Shown piece after piece: positions 33,017-43,317 of a DNA stretch of 64,000 nt. The stretch is taken from the IMG/VR virus record IMGVR_UViG_3300031555_004710, positions 160,001 through 224,000 of that record; one strand, given 5' to 3'. A model generated the notes under the pieces. The model saw nothing but the letters and a program-made list of their open reading frames with translations, was not told the DNA's origin and did no database searches. The translations under genes and the position numbers were made by a program. Every line of letters starts with the position of its first letter. The first letter of the stretch is position 1. Origin of the DNA: a virus (Duplodnaviria; Caudoviricetes).

Positions 33017-34138
33017 TTAAAGTTCAAAATCTGAACCACTTATATTATTAATCTCTTGAGGATTGTATTCTGCTTTATTGGCAATTTTCATATCCTTTTC
33101 TGCAGCTTTTTCAGACTTTGTAATCTTATAATCAATTACATCTGTCATATTTTCAAGAGAATTAAGCATTTTCTTTTGCTTTTCAACCGCTGTAGGACTA
33201 GATTCAGATGCAGCATTTACTCTTAATATAGTAGCAGCATTTTTAAGTCTATCTGAAAGCTTTCCAGCGCAGTTTATGAAGTAATATATTACTCCACGAG
33301 CAATGATAAATAATGTTACTAAAATACCAATTATTTTAAATGGATTTGGAATGCCCTTCCAAATTTTCTTTAATCCTTGACCAAGTTCTGATACTTTTGA
33401 AGGTGTACCAGCTTCTTTATCTCCAACAAAAATATTTTTAATTCCATTATTTAATTCAGCTCTTGGAGAATTAATTGAAAATGATGCAGATATATCAGCT
33501 TCATTTGCAATCAAAGAATGTCCAGCAGATTTAAAGCTCTTCATAAGAGTTGCCCATTGACCACTCTCATACATTTTGATAAACTGGTTAGTTGTTTTAG
33601 TTACCCATCTCACCTGCTTAGCAGTTGGAGTTGTGAGCTCCATGGATAATTTATTTCTCAAATATTCAGTTGCATCTACTGCACATACATTTATCATTTC
33701 GTATAATGATGTTACCATCAAATTATACATATTAATGATTATGAAGTTATCAGTTCTATAACCAAATGTAAAATCTTGTCTAGCGTTTAATATGATCTGA
33801 TGAAGTTTATTCATACTTTCAATATTTGGTGTAGGGTGATCTTCTACCAAACTATTAAGAACATCAATACACTTAAACATTTGATCATAGTAAACATATT
33901 TTGTGATATCGCCTTTACTATCAGGAATCTTTCCAAAATCAATTTCTTCAACTTTCTGGAAGTCTTTGAAAAGTTTATTTAAAAGACCTGCCTGTTTAGT
34001 AGGATTTGAAAAAGCTTCAGTAACGATATCAACATATCTGATACGGTCTCTTCCTTCTTGAGAAATTGACATATCATAAATACCTTCCATAACAATATCA
34101 TTGCTACGTAATTCCATATATAAACTTTCGTCTCTCAT
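33017..34138 (-). CDS. putative virion (head) protein
   Basis: Second gene of a late operon; VME/ANE cleavage-like motifs; one hydrophobic helix. Confidence 0.5.
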   Translation of the reverse strand: MRDESLYMELRSNDIVMEGIYDMSISQEGRDRIRYVDIVTEAFSNPTKQAGLLNKLFKDFQKVEEIDFGKIPDSKGDITKYVYYDQMFKCIDVLNSLVEDHPTPNIESMNKLHQIILNARQDFTFGYRTDNFIIINMYNLMVTSLYEMINVCAVDATEYLRNKLSMELTTPTAKQVRWVTKTTNQFIKMYESGQWATLMKSFKSAGHSLIANEADISASFSINSPRAELNNGIKNIFVGDKEAGTPSKVSELGQGLKKIWKGIPNPFKIIGILVTLFIIARGVIYYFINCAGKLSDRLKNAATILRVNAASESSPTAVEKQKKMLNSLENMTDVIDYKITKSEKAAEKDMKIANKAEYNPQEINNISGSDFEL

Positions 34139-34155
34139 TTATTATTCCTCCCTTC

Positions 34156-35559
34156 TTAATATTTTCCCATAGCTAATAAGTTTGCTTCTTTCTTACTATC
34201 AGCTACCATAGATCTTAAGGAATAATTAGTGAATTCAGTTTCACCATCATATATTATACTTAACATTTTTCCTTCAGTATCATAGATACCAAATCCAAGT
34301 AAGAAATATTTATCCATCATTTTACGAACATTTGAAACATCTTTAGGATTTACACCACATTTTTCCTGAATCATATGTGCATCAGCTTCAGTTATAATGA
34401 TAGTGCAGTTAGGATTAAGTTTATTACCAAATGCTCTAAATACTTTATCTTTCTTAGATCTCTTACGAAGAATTTTAAGCCATCTACGTTCAGCTTTCAT
34501 ATTTGCGTTTTCTCTCGCACTACTTAAGCCTAAGAATAAATCAGCCCATTTAATTTCTCCACGAGTATATTTAATAAACTTAAATATTACTCTATCCTTG
34601 AAAGCTTCAACCATATTAGAAATCATAATTGATTGAGGAAGAAGTCTAGGCATTGCTCTAACACCAATAATGAGTTCCTGAGACCAAGCAGAACCAGCAC
34701 CTTTCTTAATATTGGCAAGGTTCATACGAAGAATTGTAGGTGTAAGACTATTATATTTTTCATCTTTAACCATTTCTCCATGATTTCTATTCTTAGCGTC
34801 AGATTCAAATTTATTTAGAGAAGCACTATTATCTTTCCAATCGCTCATCTTTTTAGGTTCACCATATTCTTTTACCATATTATTATATTGATTAGATCCT
34901 TTAGAAGGAGCTTCAATATATTGATACATCGGTTCGCCATCTTTATTGGTTAAGATAATATTATTTCCACTACCATCAGTCATAATATTCTTATTACTAT
35001 CTCTTTTATACTCAACTCTCTTGAAGTACTCCTTATCATCTGCTTCCATTGCAACAGATAATTTCGCAGCTTCAACGGCACGAGTAAGTTTTGCAGCAGT
35101 TCTCTGATATGGCAAATACATATCGTTTATAGATTCAGAATCTAATTGCTCTCCAACACAATCCCACATATCAATTAATTCTTTATCAGACATATAACCT
35201 TCAGAAGCAATAGCTTCAGTTACATCAATATCGCTTTCAAGAGCATCAAAAGGAATGTCATTGTTATTATGAAATTTGCGAAGGAACTTATTAATATTTT
35301 CATACTTGTTACGATCAACTACACCTTCATTAACAATTGCAGTCATTACGATAGCAGCATAGTTCTTTTCTATACTCTTAATCATTGGGAATTTTTCATC
35401 ATCGTTGATGTCAGCATCCATGATAAGAGGGAATTGGAATACTTGATCTTTTGTTAAACGCATCAATGATGATTTTGATGTTGCAGATTTAACTTGAATG
35501 CCAACATCTGCAATATCTTTTGCTGTATTGACAACGTTTTTAACGTCAGAAGCGTTCAT
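34156..35559 (-). CDS. putative virion (head) protein
   Basis: Start MNASDV after GGAGG; AACA-N6-TA at 35608-35619 (-); ALE/ASE/AME motifs. Confidence 0.55.
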   Translation of the reverse strand: MNASDVKNVVNTAKDIADVGIQVKSATSKSSLMRLTKDQVFQFPLIMDADINDDEKFPMIKSIEKNYAAIVMTAIVNEGVVDRNKYENINKFLRKFHNNNDIPFDALESDIDVTEAIASEGYMSDKELIDMWDCVGEQLDSESINDMYLPYQRTAAKLTRAVEAAKLSVAMEADDKEYFKRVEYKRDSNKNIMTDGSGNNIILTNKDGEPMYQYIEAPSKGSNQYNNMVKEYGEPKKMSDWKDNSASLNKFESDAKNRNHGEMVKDEKYNSLTPTILRMNLANIKKGAGSAWSQELIIGVRAMPRLLPQSIMISNMVEAFKDRVIFKFIKYTRGEIKWADLFLGLSSARENANMKAERRWLKILRKRSKKDKVFRAFGNKLNPNCTIIITEADAHMIQEKCGVNPKDVSNVRKMMDKYFLLGFGIYDTEGKMLSIIYDGETEFTNYSLRSMVADSKKEANLLAMGKY

Positions 35560-35681
35560 ATTCGAAACCTCCTTAAAATTTAGGTATAAAAACTTTATAA
35601 ACAATATTATTCAGCTGTTTTTATATTTTTAATTATCTTAAGGAACTTCTATATAAATATTGTAAAATAGGAGGTATTTTT

Positions 35682-36062
35682 ATGGAAATAAAACCTGCTG
35701 GGAGAATTCCATATACCGAAAAGGTGTGGAATGAATTTAAAATAAGATTATCAGATACTCTTAGAAATGAAGCACTAGATAATGAACAGATATTCTCAAA
35801 TCCCGATTATAAAAATTTTATTGTATCATATGTTGAGTCTGAGTTATTATCTCAGAAGAAAGATAATGAACGATTAATATTAGGTACTAATATTAGATTA
35901 GCTCATATGGATATCGAAACTTCTGAAGGTACTAAAACGTATCCTATTATAAATGAATATAAAGTTCATCATCTTATGAAAACATATTATTTTTATAAAG
36001 CTGACGATGGTATTAAAATGGGATGCGTCGAAGTTAATAAAAAATCAATAATAATTACATAA
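35682..36062 (+). CDS. hypothetical protein
   Basis: GGAGGT SD; 126 aa. Confidence 0.7.
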   Translation: MEIKPAGRIPYTEKVWNEFKIRLSDTLRNEALDNEQIFSNPDYKNFIVSYVESELLSQKKDNERLILGTNIRLAHMDIETSEGTKTYPIINEYKVHHLMKTYYFYKADDGIKMGCVEVNKKSIIIT

Positions 36063-36124
36063 TTTTATTCATATCATATATTATTTATATGAATCTAATA
36101 AATAAAGGAGATGTTAATTAAATT

Positions 36125-36943
36125 ATGGCTACAATTAATAGGTATGATCAAATTATTGATTCATATATGTCAAAAATACAAACTGTTGAGGATACTTTAT
36201 CTAAAAAGATTGATGAAGAAATATCTGCTACAAATAAAAGAATAGATGAAGTAAAAGGGAATCTTAATGATAGAATAATACGTTCCAATAATAATACTAT
36301 TATTTCTTTTAAGAATATTCTCAAAAAATATTTGATCTTATCAGCAATTATAATTGGTATCCTAATATTTGCTATTATCGTAAGTTTTCAGATGCACTTC
36401 ACAACGATTTCTAAATATAACGATATGAAGGATAAATATGATTCAATAGTACTGAAAAATATTGAACTTACAAAACAACTGGTTTCAGAGGATAAACATT
36501 TAAACTTAACTGATATTACATCGCCATCAGGATTATCAGCAGATCAATTAAATGGAATAGTTAATAGTCGTTTAATTGATGTAAATAAGACTAATAGTAA
36601 GATGGTTAATATTGGAGAAACTCTATTTACAATGGAAAATGAGCATCAAATAAATGCTTTATTCTGTATAGCCGTTGGTTCTTTGGAATCTGGATATGGT
36701 ACATCAGATGCCGCAATAAAGCATAATAATTTATTTGGTATGATGGTAAATGGAAAGATACGAGATTTTAAATCTATTGATGAATGCATTCTCTTTTGGG
36801 GAAAACACTTAAAAGATAATTATATTGGTAAAGGATTAAATACAATTGAAAAAATTCAACCGAAATATTGCCCACCTGATTCTGAGTGGGATACTAAAAT
36901 TATAAATATTATGAAAACGTATACAGAATACATAAAAATCTAA
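36125..36943 (+). CDS. membrane-anchored glucosaminidase (GH73-like)
   Basis: TM LILSAIIIGILIFAIIVSF; catalytic ALFCIAVGSLESGYGTS..NNLFGM..KYCP; early promoter at 36077. Confidence 0.8.
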   Translation: MATINRYDQIIDSYMSKIQTVEDTLSKKIDEEISATNKRIDEVKGNLNDRIIRSNNNTIISFKNILKKYLILSAIIIGILIFAIIVSFQMHFTTISKYNDMKDKYDSIVLKNIELTKQLVSEDKHLNLTDITSPSGLSADQLNGIVNSRLIDVNKTNSKMVNIGETLFTMENEHQINALFCIAVGSLESGYGTSDAAIKHNNLFGMMVNGKIRDFKSIDECILFWGKHLKDNYIGKGLNTIEKIQPKYCPPDSEWDTKIINIMKTYTEYIKI

Positions 36944-37033
36944 TATTTATTGAAAAAATAAATAAATCATATATTATTTATATGAGACAATAGTAATATT
37001 GCAATTTATAATTATTATTTGGAGGTAATGATC

Positions 37034-37678
37034 ATGTCAGAAAACACTTACGTACCCGAATTTCTTGTATATAACAATTTCGGGATTAGACCGGTAGAGG
37101 CAACTTTTCAGCTTGATTGTAAAAGTTTTACAGAAACTGTACGCAAGATAGCATCTGAAAAAATATCCGGTATCGAAGAGGTAACATTACAGAATGATAA
37201 GAATGGTAATGTTGCACTATTTATTTGGTTCAATGCGAACTCAGAACATTTCGCAGATAGCAGTACAGAAAATACTGCAATTAAAGCAAAATTATCAAGA
37301 TTATCAAAAGAAATGCAGGAATTTATTGAAAAATTTGGTTGGAATGAAGCTGATGATGACCCGAGAAATGGAAGCACCAAAATTCATCCTAACAAAATTA
37401 TTATTAATAATGATAATCCTGAAGTTAAAGGTAAATGGATTGCAATTCATGTTGCTGTTAATCCATTTCTACTTATCATGTTTGATATGCAAGGTAATGC
37501 ATTCAAGAGACAATTTAATAGAAACTCTCCAAAGACTAGAATTCGTCGTGAATGGGTTTGGTCAAAAGGTTCTAGCGGAAAATTCCATTCTCTTAATGGA
37601 ATAAGAATCACTAAGATGATATTCAATCCTACAGTATCTAGAGATGGCCTTCATGCTAAGATGCCTGGAAAGTTTTAA
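37034..37678 (+). CDS. hypothetical protein, early
   Basis: GGAGGT SD; TATATTAT at 36970. Confidence 0.7.
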   Translation: MSENTYVPEFLVYNNFGIRPVEATFQLDCKSFTETVRKIASEKISGIEEVTLQNDKNGNVALFIWFNANSEHFADSSTENTAIKAKLSRLSKEMQEFIEKFGWNEADDDPRNGSTKIHPNKIIINNDNPEVKGKWIAIHVAVNPFLLIMFDMQGNAFKRQFNRNSPKTRIRREWVWSKGSSGKFHSLNGIRITKMIFNPTVSRDGLHAKMPGKF

Positions 37679-37737
37679 TATTACAATATAAAGAAGCAGT
37701 GGGATAAACCACTGCTTCTATTTTTTAATTAACGGAG

Positions 37738-38862
37738 GTGAGTATAATAGAAAGAATCTTTAATGCATATAAAATTAGATATGCAATATTAAATAATCAA
37801 ATGCTTCCCATACGAGCTTCACGAAAAATAAGAAATATTAATATCTATATAAATGTAGACGATTTCTTCCATAAACTCCATCGTCCTATTACAGATAGAG
37901 AATTCCAGACTACTGGAAAAAATGTTTCTAAACAGGTTGTAGCAAATATAATTAACTTAGCTGCTCATTATAAACACTGGGCCGTAAAAGAGCATTTATC
38001 CCCAACTATATATTTAATATATACAACATCAAAAATATTTAGAAATGATATGACGTTAAAATCATACAGAAATCATTATAAAAAAATTACCAATATCGAT
38101 AATCCTGATTTCTTTTATGTTAATAACGCAATGTCTAATAGTTTCTCAATTTTACAAGTTATCACTAAATATATACCAAGAGTGTATGCAATTGACTCAA
38201 ATTATATAGAACCGTCAACTGTCCCTCTATATTTAAGTGAAATAAATCCTGCGGATTTCAATTTACTTATATCTAGAGATGAATATGACCTACAATACAC
38301 ACATCTGGATAAATGGGGAGTAATAACTCCTAAAGGAGAAGTCTCCACTATTATTACAAGTGGTAATTTATGGAAATATATCCAGTTGAAAGAGAAATTA
38401 GATGATAAGTTTTATTATCATCCAGAGACATTTATATGGGCTAAAGCTATAGTAGGAGATAAATATAGAGGTATTCCTAAATTAACTCGTACTAGTTGGA
38501 AAACTGTAATAAAATATTTAGAAGAATGTAGTTCTAATAATAATGATAGTATTGAAATACTTGAATTACAATTAAAAAAATTAGCTGACTATATTGCTAA
38601 AAAGAAGATTGAAGATACAGATTTTAATACTAATTTATTTTGCACATCTGTAAAGTTGCAGTTAGATAGGTTAATGGAAGTTGATAAAATAATGATTAAG
38701 CAACAGTTAACCGATATGGAAGATATGCAATCATTACAGCAAGCTAATAATACAATATTTAAAGAATACCCTTTAAATTTATTATTTCTATTACAAGAAA
38801 ACTCTTTAAATAATCAACCACATGATGATTATTTCTGGAGACAAAGAAAGGATGTTTATTAA
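37738..38862 (+). CDS. 5'-3' exonuclease / flap endonuclease (RNase H-like, H3TH)
   Basis: LISRDEYDLQ and AIVGDKYRGIPKL helix-3-turn-helix motifs. Confidence 0.6.
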   Translation: MSIIERIFNAYKIRYAILNNQMLPIRASRKIRNINIYINVDDFFHKLHRPITDREFQTTGKNVSKQVVANIINLAAHYKHWAVKEHLSPTIYLIYTTSKIFRNDMTLKSYRNHYKKITNIDNPDFFYVNNAMSNSFSILQVITKYIPRVYAIDSNYIEPSTVPLYLSEINPADFNLLISRDEYDLQYTHLDKWGVITPKGEVSTIITSGNLWKYIQLKEKLDDKFYYHPETFIWAKAIVGDKYRGIPKLTRTSWKTVIKYLEECSSNNNDSIEILELQLKKLADYIAKKKIEDTDFNTNLFCTSVKLQLDRLMEVDKIMIKQQLTDMEDMQSLQQANNTIFKEYPLNLLFLLQENSLNNQPHDDYFWRQRKDVY

Positions 38863-38863
38863 T

Positions 38864-39364
38864 ATGAGTACAAGACACTATATACCAACTACAATTGTAT
38901 CAGGATTTCCTGCAATAGGAAAATCTTATATTGCGGGAAAATTTCCTACAATGGTAAGGGACTTAGAATCCAGCGAATATCACTGGACATATGCCGGCGA
39001 TATTAAAAATCATAAGGTTGTTAATCCTAATTGGCCAAATAATTATATTGAAACTATCGCAGTATTATCTAGAAGCGGAATGTATAGAATGGTATGTGTT
39101 TCTTCTCATGAAGAAATTAGAAAATTAATGAAAGAGGCAAATATTAAATATTCAAATGTGTTCCCAGAAAATACTCCAGAGATGAGAAAACTTATTCTTG
39201 AGAGATGTAGATTAAGACAAAGCAGTCCAGGTTTTATTGTAAATCTGGATGCTAATTGGGATGAATATATAAACTCGATGAAAAACGACCCAGGTGCAGT
39301 AGCTAAAATTCAGTTAACTCCACAGACAATTGAAATGTGGTCTGGTTGGGGGTTGATGGAGTGA
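38864..39364 (+). CDS. P-loop nucleotide-kinase-like protein
   Basis: IVSGFPAIGKS...DLESS. Confidence 0.6.
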   Translation: MSTRHYIPTTIVSGFPAIGKSYIAGKFPTMVRDLESSEYHWTYAGDIKNHKVVNPNWPNNYIETIAVLSRSGMYRMVCVSSHEEIRKLMKEANIKYSNVFPENTPEMRKLILERCRLRQSSPGFIVNLDANWDEYINSMKNDPGAVAKIQLTPQTIEMWSGWGLME

Positions 39365-39801
39365 TTAATTATATTATCAATATTGCTAGTATCTTATTAA
39401 TTTCATTAGTTGTATTTACTATAATTAAGAAAAATAAAAAATCTTCAGATTCAAATATTGATTTAGATTATATGGAAATAGTAAAAGTATTACAGGAAAT
39501 AGCATGTGATTATAGAGTACGTGTTGTTAAATCTGGTTGGGGTGAAGGTATAGATCCATATATTGAAAATCAATGTCTTTCAGATATGGAAATTGAACAT
39601 TTATACATGCTAGCTGAAAAATATATAGATAATGATAGTGATGAATACTACTTTATAGGTTTTAAAGTGTTTGGTAAATACTATCTAACATATGCCAAAA
39701 ATGAAATGTTAGCATGGGCAAATGTTGTGCGTAAAGCTAGAGAAAGAAGTAGAGACCTATTTGGTAGAACAGGTTCTCTAGATAAATATAAAATACAATA
39801 A
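39361..39801 (+). CDS. hypothetical membrane protein
   Basis: N-terminal TM helix followed by KKNKK; GTG start overlaps the upstream stop. Confidence 0.65.
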   Translation: MINYIINIASILLISLVVFTIIKKNKKSSDSNIDLDYMEIVKVLQEIACDYRVRVVKSGWGEGIDPYIENQCLSDMEIEHLYMLAEKYIDNDSDEYYFIGFKVFGKYYLTYAKNEMLAWANVVRKARERSRDLFGRTGSLDKYKIQ

Positions 39802-39840
39802 AAATAAAGAGGTGATCATAATCACCTCTTTATTTATTTT

Positions 39841-40989
39841 TTAATTATAAAGCCATCTTAATTTAAATACATTTCCTTTATCAGTTTTACAGTGGAAAAT
39901 TACAGGTCTTCCGACAAAGTTCTTACCAAGGAATGTATCAGCATTATATATTGGAACTGTATGTTTAGTATAGTCGAATGGATTTAATTTTTTATCTTTA
40001 AAAGCCCCATTCATAGCAGTATAGCCTAATGAATTATATTGAAAATCCATAAGAATATATCTATCCATTTGCTCACATACAAAGTAAGAAAATGTAATAG
40101 AAGTTTTAGTTTCTGCACCACTATTTCTATTAAAACTTAAATCGGACATTGGTACCGCAGTTGGAACACAACCTGTATATTTAGCCCAATATACTATATT
40201 TTCTCCAGTTTCATCTACGATGAAATCATATATACTTGTAGCATAGTCCAATGCATTATATTGTAAATATCTATCTTTTGGACGGAAAATATTTCGCATT
40301 ACTTTATCTTGATAATATATCCATGCATAGAATAATTTATGAATAGAATAATACTTATCTTCCCTGAAACTAAGATCGAAAGAACCTCCTGTTAGAGATT
40401 CTATAGCCGATGTAGTATATGGTATTGTGTATTTAGTATATGGCTGAACTATTGCATTTTGTTTAATTGAATAGTCTGGTAGTTGTAAAGATTCTACTCT
40501 TGTAGTTATATATGGCATAAATGAATGAAGTGGTAACGGTGTTCCATCAATTGATGTGTTCGATGATTTTAACCCCGCGAAATCGCTTGTTAATGATGCA
40601 ATTATTTCTGGGTGCCATTGAGCAAGATATGTAAAATAAGGATCTACATGTACTCTACTCTCTGAACTTAAAGTTATTTTTCCATCCGTACACAAATCCG
40701 AATTTACTAAATATAAATCTGGTCTACACATAAAAATATAATGTCTACCAGATGGTAATTCATTTTCTAAATCGACAGAATAAAATCTATCAAAATCTAC
40801 CCAAAATTGTTTATGAGATTTATCTTCTGTACCATCATTCATCTGAAGACGCACATTCATATATCTATTATGTTCATTTTCAGTGAAATTTGAAGAAAAA
40901 TATCCAGGTAATAATCCATATTCTCTATTTACTTTACTATTAGATACTTGATACGATGTCGATTTAAACAACCAATCGCGTAGAGCCAT
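39841..40989 (-). CDS. tail tube / baseplate-like structural protein
   Basis: IFMCRPDL, FDLSFRED, YWAKYTGCVPTAVP pattern of tube-fold jumbo-phage proteins; AACA-N7-TA upstream. Confidence 0.5.
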   Translation of the reverse strand: MALRDWLFKSTSYQVSNSKVNREYGLLPGYFSSNFTENEHNRYMNVRLQMNDGTEDKSHKQFWVDFDRFYSVDLENELPSGRHYIFMCRPDLYLVNSDLCTDGKITLSSESRVHVDPYFTYLAQWHPEIIASLTSDFAGLKSSNTSIDGTPLPLHSFMPYITTRVESLQLPDYSIKQNAIVQPYTKYTIPYTTSAIESLTGGSFDLSFREDKYYSIHKLFYAWIYYQDKVMRNIFRPKDRYLQYNALDYATSIYDFIVDETGENIVYWAKYTGCVPTAVPMSDLSFNRNSGAETKTSITFSYFVCEQMDRYILMDFQYNSLGYTAMNGAFKDKKLNPFDYTKHTVPIYNADTFLGKNFVGRPVIFHCKTDKGNVFKLRWLYN

Positions 40990-41189
40990 TTATTACTCCC
41001 CCTTTCTATATTTTGGGATTCTAATCGTTCATTATCAAAATTGTTAAAATATAGAAAAATAGAAATTAATTTTCAATCATATATTATTTTAATGGTGTAG
41101 AGTAATAAATTTGAGTTTATTAAAAATGGTTAATTTAGAGACAGAAATCTCACTGTCAATTAAAAGCGATTATGAAAGGAGATATAGCA

Positions 41190-42341
41190 ATGAAATTCTT
41201 CACAAAAGTTATTAAATTTGTAAAGAAAGCATTTCGTGCAATTGCAAAAATGTTTAAAGATAAAAATCCTGTTGAAGTAATCAATGATGTTACAAAAGCA
41301 TCTGTTGCACTAGCTACAACTGGATTAGCTTTATATACAGGAGTTAATGCTATTAGAGTGCATTTTGCTCCATCCACAAAGAAGAATAAAAATTACAATG
41401 GTAAATCTGCTCACGAAATAATATTTGAAAATCGTAATGCTGGTTCCATTGATGAAAAACTTGCGACTATTAGAAAGAATAATTCTAGAATAGGCAAAAA
41501 GCATTCCACCACAATAAAATCAGAGGATTTGAAAGTTCTCGAATCTATTGCAAAAACCAGAAATAGTTTCTTCCAGAGTCTGTCTGCGGAAGAGCAAATG
41601 AATGTCCTTGAAATGGAGGATTTTGATTTTAAAGCATACTCAAAAGAGATGAAAAAGAAATCACGTTTTTCATTATTTGGGAATAAAAAGTGTTCTAAGA
41701 AGCTAGGAGTTTCATCTACTAATAAAGCTTTTCGTGAACCTGTAAATTATGGATTCTTTAATTTCATTTTACAGCCAATTGACGACTTTATTCATTGGAT
41801 AAAGAATGACCCAGTTCCAAAGAAGGTTCCTCAGATTCAAGTAATTGAGCATCCTGAAATTCCTAATGTTCCTTGTGAGACTGCATTAGATCTAGTTTCT
41901 ACTGCAAGAAATTTAGAATCCTATTTGAGTCATAACAAAACATTATCATCAGAATTTAATGTCACAACTCCAGCAGAGAGTGAAGAACAACAAATTCTCG
42001 CAGATGAAATATTTAGACACAAATCTTTATCAAAATTCAAAAGGGCGGTGAATAGATGTATGGCACAGTCTAATTTTAATACTCCAAACATCTTTGATTT
42101 AATGGACGATGACAAAAATTTTAAGAAAAAGAAAAAGAATAAAAAGAAACATTCCTACGATGATGATTTTTCGTTCATGGATAATGACAAACCTAAGAAG
42201 AAAAAGAAAAAAGGTATGAGTAAAGAAGATCGTGAAGCTGAAAGCATGGCTGATAAACGAGCAAAAGAATTATATAGATACCATTTAGAAAAAGCAATGA
42301 AAGGCGAATTTGACAGAAAAGGATATGGATTTGACTTTTAA
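41190..42341 (+). CDS. Lys-rich hypothetical early protein with hydrophobic helix
   Basis: AAAGGAG SD; TATATTAT at 41080; poly-K tracts. Confidence 0.7.
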   Translation: MKFFTKVIKFVKKAFRAIAKMFKDKNPVEVINDVTKASVALATTGLALYTGVNAIRVHFAPSTKKNKNYNGKSAHEIIFENRNAGSIDEKLATIRKNNSRIGKKHSTTIKSEDLKVLESIAKTRNSFFQSLSAEEQMNVLEMEDFDFKAYSKEMKKKSRFSLFGNKKCSKKLGVSSTNKAFREPVNYGFFNFILQPIDDFIHWIKNDPVPKKVPQIQVIEHPEIPNVPCETALDLVSTARNLESYLSHNKTLSSEFNVTTPAESEEQQILADEIFRHKSLSKFKRAVNRCMAQSNFNTPNIFDLMDDDKNFKKKKKNKKKHSYDDDFSFMDNDKPKKKKKKGMSKEDREAESMADKRAKELYRYHLEKAMKGEFDRKGYGFDF

Positions 42342-42461
42342 TTTGAAATCTTAGGAATATTTGCAAATATCCCTTACAGGATAATAAGAGAGAACTATCA
42401 GAGTTCTCTCTTATTTTTTATTTCGTAATAATAAATTTTTTTATTGATATATTATTATTAT

Positions 42462-42825
42462 GAGTAAGTAAGATTATAATGGTCGGGTGACTCTATAAGT
42501 TCTTGCGGAGATAAACATCGGTAAGATTGGAAATCTTGGGATGTCCGGGGAATGACTAGATACCATTATCTTAAGTGCAATAATCTATCCACCCAATGTC
42601 GATACCAGGCAGAGGGACTAGATTAACACCGAGGGTATTCTTATAATGTTAATTTATAAGAATCATTCAATCAATAAACGAAAATAGTCGATAATAAGTT
42701 GGCAGCTTGCATTGACCACCATACTCAATGCAATACGGAAACCAACTTGACAATCTTCTATAAGTCCATCGAATATTGAAAGATGATTCAAGTAGATTAA
42801 TATTTAGAATACTCTCTTACTGCTC
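42462..42825 (+). ncRNA. putative structured ncRNA of about 365 nt, unknown family
   Basis: Early promoter at 42448; ORF-less; 5'/3' ends pair (42462-73 with 42815-25); several internal helices. Confidence 0.65.
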
Positions 42826-42855
42826 GAAAATCTAATCTAATTTATTTTTTTTTTC

Positions 42856-42899
42856 AAAAAAATATATGAAGCGAAATCACGGGATTTCGCTTCATATAT
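42856..42899 (-). terminator. intrinsic terminator
   Basis: ATATATGAAGCGAAATC/GATTTCGCTTCATATAT 17-bp stem; A7 on the plus strand. Confidence 0.85.
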
Positions 42900-42964
42900 A
42901 AAAGGAGTAGCTAATGAGCATGACAATAGAAAAAACACATTAAAGTTCAAAAACTTTACGACTT
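42856..42964 (-). ncRNA. putative late small RNA of about 110 nt
   Basis: AACA-N6-TA at 42964-75 (-); 5' hairpin, single-stranded anti-SD region, 17-bp terminator plus U7. Confidence 0.45.
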
Positions 42965-42999
42965 ACTTTATTGTTATATAGATTTTGCATTATTATACA

Positions 43000-43299
43000 C
43001 TATAGTTCATCTATATGAGGACCAGTAATAGTACCATACCAAGCTACTTTACCATCAGTAGTCGTCTGTTTACCATAAACTTCCTCACAAATATATTCTT
43101 GCTCATCTTCAACTTTAATAACTGATTCAGTGTTATTATTTTTTTCTTTTCTTTCCTTTAATGCTTCTATTCCCATTTCTAAAGCTTCGATATATTTTTT
43201 GACACCATGATCTTGATATCTCTTTTCATATCCTCGTTTTATAAAATCGAGAATATAAATAGCCATATCTTCATTAGGGCACATTTTATATTCACTCAT
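43000..43299 (-). CDS. hypothetical protein
   Basis: GGAGGT SD; EALEMGIEAL motif common in Firmicutes phage small proteins. Confidence 0.7.
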   Translation of the reverse strand: MSEYKMCPNEDMAIYILDFIKRGYEKRYQDHGVKKYIEALEMGIEALKERKEKNNNTESVIKVEDEQEYICEEVYGKQTTTDGKVAWYGTITGPHIDEL

Positions 43300-43317
43300 A
43301 TAGAATACCTCCTATAA

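Noticed and set aside
42462-42825. tmRNA or RNase P RNA (similar size)
   Set aside because: No GGGG..UCCACCA ends or T-loop, and no GAGGAAAGUCC / P4 signature
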